From positions 10,759 through 74,758 of the forward strand of contig CAZDZO010000002.1 of the NCBI GenBank assembly GCA_964509975.1: a stretch of DNA of 64,000 nt, in the 5' to 3' direction. Positions 35,714 to 43,805 of the stretch are shown one piece after another. Within the stretch, counting starts at the first letter, position 1. Every line of letters starts with the position of its first letter. Below the pieces are notes generated by a model. The model did no database searches. It had not been told where the DNA came from and was given only the letters and a program-made list of their open reading frames with translations. Made by a program: the position numbers and the translations under genes. Source of the stretch: an uncultured Candidatus Peribacteria bacterium. GTDB lineage: Bacteria > Patescibacteriota > Gracilibacteria > UBA4473.

Positions 35714-38368
35714 ATGGTACAAAAAATATTCGACGCCCTCTTTGGGAATTATAACCAAAAGCAACTCAAGAAAATGGAGCCAATCGTGGCCCAGATAAAT
35801 AAAAAAGGAGCCCATTATGAAAAGCTTTCTGATGATGAACTCAAAAAACAGTTTACTGATTGGAAAGAAAAAATATCAGCTCATCCGGAAAAAAGAGATG
35901 AACTTCTTATTGATGTTTTCGCAGCGGTAAAGGATGTCGCGCGACGACTTTATGGAAAAACTTTTGAAGTCCGTGGAAAGGATCAGGAATGGAACATGGT
36001 ACATTATGATGTACAACTTGTTGGGGGGGTTGTACTCCATCAAGGAAAAGCCGCCGAAATGAAAACCGGTGAAGGAAAAACACTTGTGTGCACCTTGCCA
36101 GTTATTTTGAATGCGTTAACGGGGAAAGGGGTTCATGTGATTACGGTAAATGATTATTTGGCACAACGTGATGCCGAATGGATGTCACCTTTGTATGAAT
36201 TCTGTGGACTTTCTGTAGGCGTTATCGTACACGGAAAAACAAATGAAGAACGACGTGAATCGTATAATTCTGACATTACCTATGGAACGAATAACGAGTT
36301 TGGATTTGATTATTTGCGAGACAACATGGCGCAAGATCCCAAGGATCTCGTACAACGAGAATTACACTACACCATCGTGGATGAGGTGGATTCTATTTTG
36401 ATTGATGAAGCGAGAACGCCACTTATTATTTCTGCTCCTGCTGAAGAATCAACCGACAAATACCGACACTATTCTCAGATCATTCCTCAACTCGTTGAGA
36501 ACGAGGATTACAATATTGATGTCAAACTCAAAGCGGTCACTTTAACCGAAAAAGGAATTACCAAGATGGAAGGTATCATGGGGGTAAAAAATATTTTTAC
36601 CGAAGCGGGATTTGATGAGGTGCATCACATTGAAAACTCCCTTAAGGCACATATTATTTTTGAGCGTGATAAAGATTATGTTGTGAGAGACGACCAAGTT
36701 TTGATTGTCGACGAATTCACCGGACGACTTATGCCCGGACGACGATATTCCGATGGTCTCCATCAGTCACTCGAAGCCAAGGAGAACGTCCCTATTCAAC
36801 GAGAATCTAAAACATTGGCCACGATCACTTTTCAGAATTATTTCCGTTTATACGAGAAATTAGCGGGAATGACCGGTACAGCAGAAACTGAAGCCGAGGA
36901 ATTTGCCAAGATTTACAAACTCGACACGATTGTGATTCCGACCAATGAACCGTGCGTGAGGAAGGATCTCCCAGATAAAATTTTCAAAAATGAACGCGGA
37001 AAATTCACCGCTCTTGTGACAGAAGTGGAACGATTGCATAAAAAAGGACAACCTGTTCTGATTGGAACCATTAATATTGATAAATCTGAACTCTTGGCAG
37101 AAGTGCTCAAAAATAAAAAGATCCCTCACGAAGTCTTGAATGCGAAACAGCATGAACGAGAAGCCGAAATCGTAGCGAAGTCTGGACAAAAAGGTGCCAT
37201 AACTATTGCCACCAATATGGCGGGGCGAGGAACTGATATTAAGCTTGATGAAGAAGTCAAAGAACTGGGGGGGCTAGCAATTCTGGGAACAGAAAGACAT
37301 GAATCAAGACGTATCGACAACCAACTTCGAGGGCGATCTGGACGACAAGGAGATGCTGGATTCTCTCAATTCTATATTTCCATGCGAGATGATCTCATGC
37401 GCCGATTTGGAGGAGAGCGAATGGCAGGCGTAATGGAACGCCTCAAAATGCCAGAAGCAGAGCCTGTGCAGAACAAAATGATTTCTCGAAGTGTTGAAAA
37501 TGCACAAAAGAAAATTGAAGGATTTCACTTTGATGCGCGAAAACATGTGGTGCAATACGATGACATAATGAATGTGCATCGTGAAAAAATTTACGGACAA
37601 CGGCGAACATTTTTGGGATCTGATGCTGTACTCAATGATCTCGAAACGATGATTCAGGAGTTGTCTGCACAAATCGTAAAAATACATGCTCCAACACCAC
37701 AGGCCGATAAGACCTGGGATGTTCAAGAAGTATTGGAAACCGTCCATTCTATTCATTTATCTGAGAAGTCCCCTCTTCAACTCGAAGAACTGCAAGCATT
37801 TAATCATCAAGATGAACTTATTGAGAATGTTCAGAATTATTTACTTGCTGCTTGGGACGGAAAGAAATCTACTCTTCCTGAAGATCAAGTAGATCGTATT
37901 GCTAAATACGTTGTCCTTCGTTCTATTGATGAACTCTGGCTACAACACATTAATGCTATGACGAGTCTACGAGACCAAGTAGCGCTTTCTGGGTATGCAC
38001 AAAAAGATCCTGTTATGGAGTACAAACGTCTCGCATTTGAAATGTTCCGACGACTTTTGTCTGACATACGAAGTACGTGCGTGATGAACCTCTTCCGCAT
38101 TGAGTTCCGAGAAAATATTGAAATGAAAACCGCTGATTATTCCGATGCGGTTACGAATGATGAACAGATTGAGTCCTCTCTCCGTAATACAGGAGAATAT
38201 GATAATGAGGAAAAGGCTACTGCAAACACAAAAGTTATTGCTTCTGATTCCGGTCGATCGGTTACTGCCGAAAAACTCGGAAATAAATATGCCGAGGCTG
38301 GACGAAACGATCCGTGTCCTTGTGGATCAGGTCAGAAATTCAAGAAATGCCACGGGAAGGAGTTGTAA
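35714..38368 (+). CDS. secA: preprotein translocase ATPase SecA
   Basis: DEAD-like motor motifs (MKTGEGKT, DEVDSILIDEARTPLIIS, TNMAGRGTDI) and the C-terminal zinc finger CPCGSGQKFKKCHG. Confidence 0.95.
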   Translation: MVQKIFDALFGNYNQKQLKKMEPIVAQINKKGAHYEKLSDDELKKQFTDWKEKISAHPEKRDELLIDVFAAVKDVARRLYGKTFEVRGKDQEWNMVHYDVQLVGGVVLHQGKAAEMKTGEGKTLVCTLPVILNALTGKGVHVITVNDYLAQRDAEWMSPLYEFCGLSVGVIVHGKTNEERRESYNSDITYGTNNEFGFDYLRDNMAQDPKDLVQRELHYTIVDEVDSILIDEARTPLIISAPAEESTDKYRHYSQIIPQLVENEDYNIDVKLKAVTLTEKGITKMEGIMGVKNIFTEAGFDEVHHIENSLKAHIIFERDKDYVVRDDQVLIVDEFTGRLMPGRRYSDGLHQSLEAKENVPIQRESKTLATITFQNYFRLYEKLAGMTGTAETEAEEFAKIYKLDTIVIPTNEPCVRKDLPDKIFKNERGKFTALVTEVERLHKKGQPVLIGTINIDKSELLAEVLKNKKIPHEVLNAKQHEREAEIVAKSGQKGAITIATNMAGRGTDIKLDEEVKELGGLAILGTERHESRRIDNQLRGRSGRQGDAGFSQFYISMRDDLMRRFGGERMAGVMERLKMPEAEPVQNKMISRSVENAQKKIEGFHFDARKHVVQYDDIMNVHREKIYGQRRTFLGSDAVLNDLETMIQELSAQIVKIHAPTPQADKTWDVQEVLETVHSIHLSEKSPLQLEELQAFNHQDELIENVQNYLLAAWDGKKSTLPEDQVDRIAKYVVLRSIDELWLQHINAMTSLRDQVALSGYAQKDPVMEYKRLAFEMFRRLLSDIRSTCVMNLFRIEFRENIEMKTADYSDAVTNDEQIESSLRNTGEYDNEEKATANTKVIASDSGRSVTAEKLGNKYAEAGRNDPCPCGSGQKFKKCHGKEL

Positions 38369-38412
38369 AAAAATAATTCCGCCCCTTGTTGGAGTCTCCT
38401 AAACTATTCATT

Positions 38413-38437
38413 GGATCCCCGTCTTCGCGGGGATAAG
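38413..38437 (-). repeat. REP-like hairpin (ggATCCCCg-tcttcg-cGGGGATaag)
   Basis: 7-bp stem and 6-nt loop between the convergent secA gene and the 38482 gene. Same architecture as the GTCATYC hairpins at 43.6 kb and 49.4 kb. Confidence 0.55.
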
Positions 38438-38481
38438 TTCGTTCAACAACTCTTCCGCTTCGCGGTATCGTTGGGACTTAC

Positions 38482-39060
38482 TCATTTACACGGAATATCT
38501 GAACGCTGTTTTTTACAGATATCTTGTCCCAGTTTCATAATCTCCTCCAATTCTCGCCACATATCTATTTTTTTATCTTCTCCCGTATTTTCGTTTTTGG
38601 TTTCTTTCCATCCTTCATCATTTTCGGTGGTTCTAATAGTGGCACTCCAATCGGCTTGAACTGAATCAACCCCTACTTTTATCATACTCAGTGTTCGCCG
38701 AAGTTCTAAAATTTGCTGATAGGTGTTTTTATCAGACTGAAGAATTTTTCCTGCCAAAAACTCTGGTTCTTCACCCTCTGCTCCTTCTTTCTCAAAACCA
38801 ACAAAAACATCAAAATCTTGTTCTAATGAATCTTGAAGTTTTTTAAATTCATTCTGTGTTTGATAAGTCAAATTTCGTCCCGCCCAAGTGTTCCAGTAGG
38901 ATTCTTCTTTCATTTCTTCGTTTTCTTCTGTTTTAATCTTGTCTTTTAACCAGTTTGAAAAGATATTTGTTTGTAAAAAAGAAGTGTCTACAACACTCCC
39001 TGCACCCGCCCCAATAAAGCAAGAAAAAAGCAAAACCGGAATCAGTATTTGTTTTTTCAT
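38482..39060 (-). CDS. hypothetical secreted protein (192 aa)
   Basis: Signal peptide MKKQILIPVLLFSCFIGAGAG. 4-nt overlap with the upstream gene. Confidence 0.55.
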   Translation of the reverse strand: MKKQILIPVLLFSCFIGAGAGSVVDTSFLQTNIFSNWLKDKIKTEENEEMKEESYWNTWAGRNLTYQTQNEFKKLQDSLEQDFDVFVGFEKEGAEGEEPEFLAGKILQSDKNTYQQILELRRTLSMIKVGVDSVQADWSATIRTTENDEGWKETKNENTGEDKKIDMWRELEEIMKLGQDICKKQRSDIPCK

Positions 39061-40202
39061 CGTGCCGGTTTTTTAAGAAATTCCTCCCAAATTCGACGAA
39101 CCATAAAAAGTCCTTCCAAAAAAGTTTCAATATCTTGATTCCAACGCTCTATCCGTGGATAGATAAGTTCTTGTGATTTCTGTTCTTCTCTATATTCCAT
39201 TCGATTATCCCAAATTTTGAGTTGCGCCTTTAATTCTTCTGCGGAAAGAAAATCCTCTTTCTCTGTTTCAAACAATACATCTGATATCTTTTTTCCAATA
39301 TTAATATTTTTATATAAAGCCAAGTTTTGAGCACTCGTTAATTGATCTTTTATTGTCCCATACTGTTCACTCCCCAAAATAAGTTTATCCAGTGTTTCTT
39401 GTTCTGGATCAATATCGTCATCTGGTGCTGGCGGAGAATAGTCAACGAGATCTCCTCCATAGGTATCTCCTGAAGTTTCCGATTTGGTAGTGGATTCATG
39501 ATACGTATGCGTTGAATTCCCACTAATAAGCGGTCTGGAATTAAGTTCTTTAGAATATTCCTCAAGCCCTGCTAACGTCCCCGTAATCGAATTATCTCTC
39601 TTGTATTGTCGACTATGTAAATAATCTTGTAATGTTACTTCTCTCCCATCTTGCCAATTTTCACTTCCCAAAATAAGTTCTCCTTCTACCTGTCCTTCAT
39701 CATAGATAAGAAAAAGTGGATCTTCTAGTTTTTTAAATTTCTCTCCAAAAAGCGTTTCTTCTATATCGTTCAGGTCTTCAATAACATCAAACGGCGAATC
39801 TTCTAACGAATCATTCACAAAGGCCGATATCGTCCAGTTACGAAGCGAAATATCATCTTCAAGCCGAAGCATTCCTCGTTCATATTCGTAGATTCGTTCT
39901 AACTCACTCATGTTTCTGATTTGATCAAATAATGTGTGTCGATTATCAATATCTATTTTCGAGAACATTAATTTTCGATTTGAGTTCAGTTCCCCTTCAG
40001 TGGATTCATTTACGTGCCATCCCATTCTGGTAAGTATTTCTTCTCCCGGATCGCTATTGGTACCTTTGTAAATTTTCCAATACGTCCCTTGAAGATCATC
40101 TAATGTTTCATATTTTTCCCACTTGTCTGGATAGGGCTTTATTTCCGCCAACGCTGTGGTAGAGAAACAAAGAAGGAAAATCAAAAATATTCGCTGTATC
40201 AT
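39057..40202 (-). CDS. hypothetical secreted protein (381 aa)
   Basis: Signal peptide MIQRIFLIFLLCFSTTALA. 4-nt overlaps with both neighbouring genes. Confidence 0.6.
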   Translation of the reverse strand: MIQRIFLIFLLCFSTTALAEIKPYPDKWEKYETLDDLQGTYWKIYKGTNSDPGEEILTRMGWHVNESTEGELNSNRKLMFSKIDIDNRHTLFDQIRNMSELERIYEYERGMLRLEDDISLRNWTISAFVNDSLEDSPFDVIEDLNDIEETLFGEKFKKLEDPLFLIYDEGQVEGELILGSENWQDGREVTLQDYLHSRQYKRDNSITGTLAGLEEYSKELNSRPLISGNSTHTYHESTTKSETSGDTYGGDLVDYSPPAPDDDIDPEQETLDKLILGSEQYGTIKDQLTSAQNLALYKNINIGKKISDVLFETEKEDFLSAEELKAQLKIWDNRMEYREEQKSQELIYPRIERWNQDIETFLEGLFMVRRIWEEFLKKPAR

Positions 40203-41041
40203 TTGGTAGCGGCATCAATAAATTTTGTCGGAAATGTGCTATAGATTTTATCTCGAAAGAAGGCAATTCTTTTCGCAACTCCCTCCAATCCTTCGTTTAT
40301 AGCCACGAGCCATGCATGTCGTTGATAGTTGTGTTCAAATTCCGCATAAAAAAGAAGTGCATTTTTGAGAGCTTTTCGTGAGCGCTCTTGTTCATGTTCT
40401 AATGCAATATTTAAATCATCTGAAACATCATCAATATATCGCAGATTTCTTCCTCCCGTAAGTCCCACATGGTCATCGAGCATCTTTGCTTCCAGATAGT
40501 GTTGGTATCCACAGAGCTCTGCTAGAAGCATTTCTGTGACTTGGCAGGACGAGTATTTATATTCATCTTCTCTGGGAAAATATTCTGGTTCACAAACCGA
40601 TTCTGAAGTTTCCCAATATTTAGAATTTGCTTTTAAAGATTTTTGTTTTTGAAGCACTTCTTCAAAAAAACCTTCCTTACAATATTTCTCCTTCTTTTTA
40701 AATTCCTCAAATGAAAAATCGTTATGCGATATTTTTTTTGTTCCAAAAATCTTTTGTATAGCGGCATTTGTCGTAGTAATGCGGCCTTCTATTGCCTGGT
40801 TATAAAGACAATTAATCGCATTATCATAATCTTGTTTGTGATCACGAACCTCTTTTTCATATTTTCGAAAACTTTTTTTAGAATTAATTTCTTTTAAATC
40901 ATATTCCAGAGAAGAGGCACACACATTTTTTATAAAATCTGGAAATTCTTTTCTAAAAGTTGGATCTAATTTTGCAAAAGACACCCCTCCCATAAAAAAG
41001 GAAAGGCTTATCAATATGAGAAAAAATCTAAATTTACGCAC
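40199..41041 (-). CDS. hypothetical secreted protein (280 aa), Cys-containing
   Basis: Signal peptide MRKFRFFLILISLSFFMGGVSFA. Starts 5 nt after the glycosyltransferase stop. Confidence 0.6.
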   Translation of the reverse strand: MRKFRFFLILISLSFFMGGVSFAKLDPTFRKEFPDFIKNVCASSLEYDLKEINSKKSFRKYEKEVRDHKQDYDNAINCLYNQAIEGRITTTNAAIQKIFGTKKISHNDFSFEEFKKKEKYCKEGFFEEVLQKQKSLKANSKYWETSESVCEPEYFPREDEYKYSSCQVTEMLLAELCGYQHYLEAKMLDDHVGLTGGRNLRYIDDVSDDLNIALEHEQERSRKALKNALLFYAEFEHNYQRHAWLVAINEGLEGVAKRIAFFRDKIYSTFPTKFIDAATK

Positions 41042-41045
41042 GAGT

Positions 41046-42215
41046 TCATTCTAAAACGCTCTGGTAGATTTTCAAAGTTTCGTTTGACGCTCTATCCCAA
41101 GAGAATTTTTTAATTTGAGATTCCCCTTTCTTAATGAGGTCTGATTGCATTTCTTCATTGAGAAGTACTTTTAAAATTTGAGTGGACATATCATCAATAT
41201 CCTTGGGATCGAAATATTGAACAGCATTACCACACACCTCCGGAATAGCCGAAATTCGTGACGCCACCACAGGAGTCAAGCATTGCATCGCTTCGAGTGG
41301 AGGCAACCCAAATCCTTCATATAAACTCGGAAACACGTACATTTTTGCTGCCCCATACAAACGAATGAGATCCTCCTGTTCGACCAGTCCAACAAGTTTT
41401 ACTGCGTTTTGCAATTCTAATTGCTCAATGGTCTGAGTTACTTCTGGATAATATGGATCTGGCTTTCCCGTAATCACTAATTGCAAATTCTTCAGAGAAG
41501 CAGGACCATCTGATTTCTTGGCCTGTTCAAGTATTTTTTTGAATGATTGAAGAAGTCGTACGAGATTTTTATGCTCTCTCCAATTTCCTGTGTAGAGCAG
41601 AAAATTTTCCGTAAGAGCAAGCTTCTGTTTGACTGTTTGTTTCTCGATTTCCTCCACCGGATGGAATTCATTTCCAATCCCATTATGTACTGTTTGAATT
41701 TTATTTGACGGAGTATTGAAAAGTTTTTCAACGTCTCTTTTTGTATTATCAGAAACGGTAATCACTTTTTTGGCCTTGCCAATAGCGTGACGAATGACAA
41801 AATTATAGGCCAATTTTCGCCACCAAGAATTCATCTTCTTTCCGGGATAAAAAGAAATTGTCGTATCATGAATAGTGGTCACAAATTTTCCTCGATATAA
41901 CAATGGTGCGTTGAAATGAGTAAAATGAACCAAATCACATTTTTCTTGGTTCAAGAGTTTGAGAAACTTCACTTGTTCAGCAAAAGAATAATGCGGGGCA
42001 TTCACCAGCACTTTCTTCACATGAGAAGGAAATGTATATTTCGAATATTCCGGCTCATTCAGAAAAATAACCCACTCTACATTTTCTCCTCCTTCCAAGG
42101 GGGAGTTAGAGGGGGTCCCAAAAAACCGTTTTGTGAGCTCAAAATTATAACGTCCAATTCCCGTGAAGGAGTCTGAGAACATCCGTGCATCGATACCAAT
42201 TTTTATTTTCTTCAC
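41046..42215 (-). CDS. GT4-family (GT-B) glycosyltransferase
   Basis: C-terminal EGFGLPPLEAMQCLTPVVASRISAIPEV motif (E-x7-E type) and an N-terminal MKIGIDAR..TGIGRY start. Confidence 0.85.
   Translation of the reverse strand: MKKIKIGIDARMFSDSFTGIGRYNFELTKRFFGTPSNSPLEGGENVEWVIFLNEPEYSKYTFPSHVKKVLVNAPHYSFAEQVKFLKLLNQEKCDLVHFTHFNAPLLYRGKFVTTIHDTTISFYPGKKMNSWWRKLAYNFVIRHAIGKAKKVITVSDNTKRDVEKLFNTPSNKIQTVHNGIGNEFHPVEEIEKQTVKQKLALTENFLLYTGNWREHKNLVRLLQSFKKILEQAKKSDGPASLKNLQLVITGKPDPYYPEVTQTIEQLELQNAVKLVGLVEQEDLIRLYGAAKMYVFPSLYEGFGLPPLEAMQCLTPVVASRISAIPEVCGNAVQYFDPKDIDDMSTQILKVLLNEEMQSDLIKKGESQIKKFSWDRASNETLKIYQSVLE
42086..42119. repeat. short palindromic repeat embedded in frame in the GT4 gene (encodes ..SNSPLEGGE..)
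   Basis: ctcctccttccaagggggagttagagggggtccc closely matches the intergenic element tctccctctagcagggggagtttagagggggtgg at 63721-63753. Confidence 0.5.
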
Positions 42216-42276
42216 GCTCGGATTGTCGCAGAAAATTTGATTTTTTCCAGAAAGAAAGTACTGTCCCTCTCGCTAC

Positions 42277-42352
42277 GGCGGACGTAGCTCAGTGGTAGAG
42301 CATCGGTTTGTGGTACCGATGGTCGTGGGTTCAATCCCCATCGTCCGCCCCA
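42277..42352 (+). tRNA. tRNA-His (GTG) with encoded G-1 and 3' CCA
   Basis: Manual cloverleaf: G-1, acceptor GCGGACG/CGTCCGC, D arm GCTC-AGTGGTA-GAGC. Anticodon arm TCGGT-TTGTGGT-ACCGA, T arm GTGGG-TTCAATC-CCCAT, discriminator C pairing with G-1, then CCA. Confidence 0.9.
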
Positions 42353-42434
42353 TTGAAAGAAAGTTTGGGCTTGCCCCGAACTTTTTTTCAATAAGAGTGA
42401 TTATGAGATTGAATCCCTTCGCGAAGTGGGTTCA
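42335..42434 (+). repeat. 100-nt direct repeat, copy 1 (tRNA-His 3' end, terminator and hairpin)
   Basis: Starts tccccatcgtccgcccca inside the tRNA T/acceptor arm. Matches 42511-42610 at 99/100 positions. Confidence 0.85.
42362..42388 (+). terminator. intrinsic terminator after tRNA-His
   Basis: agtttggg-cttgc-cccgaact followed by ttttttt. Duplicated at 42538-42564. Confidence 0.65.
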
Positions 42435-42510
42435 CATCCACAAATGAGTAAAACGAATATTGTGGTGTTCTCGACCTCGGACTGAGCGAAGCGAAGGAGA
42501 ATGTAAGAGC

Positions 42511-42610
42511 TCCCCATCGTCCGCCCCATTGAAAGAAAGTTTGGGCTTGCCCCGAACTTTTTTTCAATAAGAGTGATTGTGAGATTGAATCCCTTCGCGA
42601 AGTGGGTTCA
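42511..42610 (+). repeat. 100-nt direct repeat, copy 2
   Basis: Offset of 176 nt from copy 1. The single difference is gattAtgag versus gattGtgag. Confidence 0.85.
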
Positions 42611-42691
42611 ATACGAGGAGCTAAAAAAGAAAGCGCCGTAGGCATTTTCTTTTTGTGCGACGACATCACGAAGGAGCAAAGCGACTGAGTA

Positions 42692-42706
42692 TCCCCATCG
42701 TCCACC
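42692..42706 (+). repeat. third, partial copy of the tRNA-His 3' end
   Basis: tccccatcgtccAcc versus tccccatcgtccGcc. Abuts the stop codon of the 42706 gene. Confidence 0.6.
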
Positions 42707-43557
42707 TATATCCCCTTCTCCCCACACCACGCTTCCACCTTCTCCGCATACGGGACACCCAATGTTTTCACATTGGCTCCAAATGCCTTCGCAAGAATAA
42801 GGAAGTGAAGTCTCTGTCCAACCGCTTCTTTCGCTGAAGCAAATATTTCAAATGTTTCTGAAATTGTTTGAGGGAAAATCTTTTTTATTCCTGTGGAAGC
42901 GAATTGTAAATCCCCTTCTTCCATCGCAAGAAAAAGATCTGCCTCTGGCCATTTTCCTAACCAATGGGCTCTCGCATTTACTATTTTTAACGACTCGTTA
43001 ACTTTTAAACTCTTGAATTCTTCAACTTTGTTTTCCAGCCACGTCTCAACCGCATCTCCCACCACAGGCACTTCTTTGCCGAGGGTCAACAGCACTTCTG
43101 CACTCTCTTTATCACGCACTGTTATTGAATGTACATTTTTGAGAACTTTATGAAGAATTATTTTCTGAAACCAATTTTTCGGTCGATCAACACCTTGTGA
43201 TTTGAGTTCAATACGTGCACGTGGAAACATTTTTCGAAGCCCAATGACGGTCACTCCCCAGATCCACCACGCTTTATTTTTGATTGCAAACAATCCCCCA
43301 CCAGGAAACACGATGAGGTCTACATCCTTTCTATAAGACCACAAAGACCTATCTCTATTGAACAAAAAATGTGTACAACTCTTTATTCCCGTAGGAAAAG
43401 GTTCCACTGTTTCAAATTTCTTTTCCAAAAACTTCTGACTGTATTTCCTATCAGCGGTTGCTACTAAAACTTCTGGATATCGATCAATAGCACTGGCAAG
43501 AATAAGCTCGTCTCCAATGTTCTTGGCCCCAAAGTTTCCGACAAGAAGGGTCTTCAT
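42706..43557 (-). CDS. polysaccharide pyruvyl transferase family protein (CsaB-like)
   Basis: N-terminal GNFGAKNIGDELILASAI and C-terminal GQRLHFLILAKAFGANVKTLGVPYAEK match the family pattern. ATG at 43557 (MKTLLVG). Confidence 0.7.
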   Translation of the reverse strand: MKTLLVGNFGAKNIGDELILASAIDRYPEVLVATADRKYSQKFLEKKFETVEPFPTGIKSCTHFLFNRDRSLWSYRKDVDLIVFPGGGLFAIKNKAWWIWGVTVIGLRKMFPRARIELKSQGVDRPKNWFQKIILHKVLKNVHSITVRDKESAEVLLTLGKEVPVVGDAVETWLENKVEEFKSLKVNESLKIVNARAHWLGKWPEADLFLAMEEGDLQFASTGIKKIFPQTISETFEIFASAKEAVGQRLHFLILAKAFGANVKTLGVPYAEKVEAWCGEKGI

Positions 43558-43610
43558 TCGGGCAACAGGATTGCAGAAAATCATTGTTTTGGCAATCCCC
43601 CCCTCTCTTT

Positions 43611-43632
43611 GTCATCCCGGAATTCTGAAACC
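43611..43632 (+). repeat. degenerate GTCATCC element
   Basis: gtcatcccggaattctgaaacc shares the GTCATCC head but lacks the 3' arm. Confidence 0.4.
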
Positions 43633-43643
43633 TTTTTTCTTTT

Positions 43644-43681
43644 GTCATTCCGATTGGAGCGGAGCGGAACAGAGGAATCCC
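43644..43681 (+). repeat. REP-like hairpin gtc-ATTCC-(22 nt)-GGAAT-ccc
   Basis: gtcattccgattggagcggagcggaacagaggaatccc. Confidence 0.55.
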
Positions 43682-43768
43682 TTCCAACACTCCTATTTAC
43701 GATAAAGAGCGACAAGAAATATGAACCATCTGTGAATGATGATATTTATTAACAAACTTACAAGCTAA

Positions 43769-43796
43769 GGGATCCTTCGACTGCGCTCAGGATGAC
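43769..43796 (-). repeat. REP-like hairpin in inverted orientation
   Basis: The reverse complement reads gtc-ATCCT-gagcgcagtcga-AGGAT-ccc. Confidence 0.55.
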
Positions 43797-43805
43797 AAGA
43801 TAAGA

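Noticed and set aside
42388-42705. 105-aa minus-strand ORF, plus the idea that the 100-nt repeats form a CRISPR-like array
   Set aside because: The ORF spans the duplicated tRNA-His 3' end and terminator copies and is antisense to them. There are only two full repeats, each 100 nt long and tRNA-derived, and no cas genes. This is not a CRISPR array.
43484-43705. ORFs 43484..43690 (-) and 43517..43705 (+)
   Set aside because: Both run through the REP-like GTCATYC hairpins and the 5' end of the pyruvyl transferase gene. They are typical translations of palindromic repeats.
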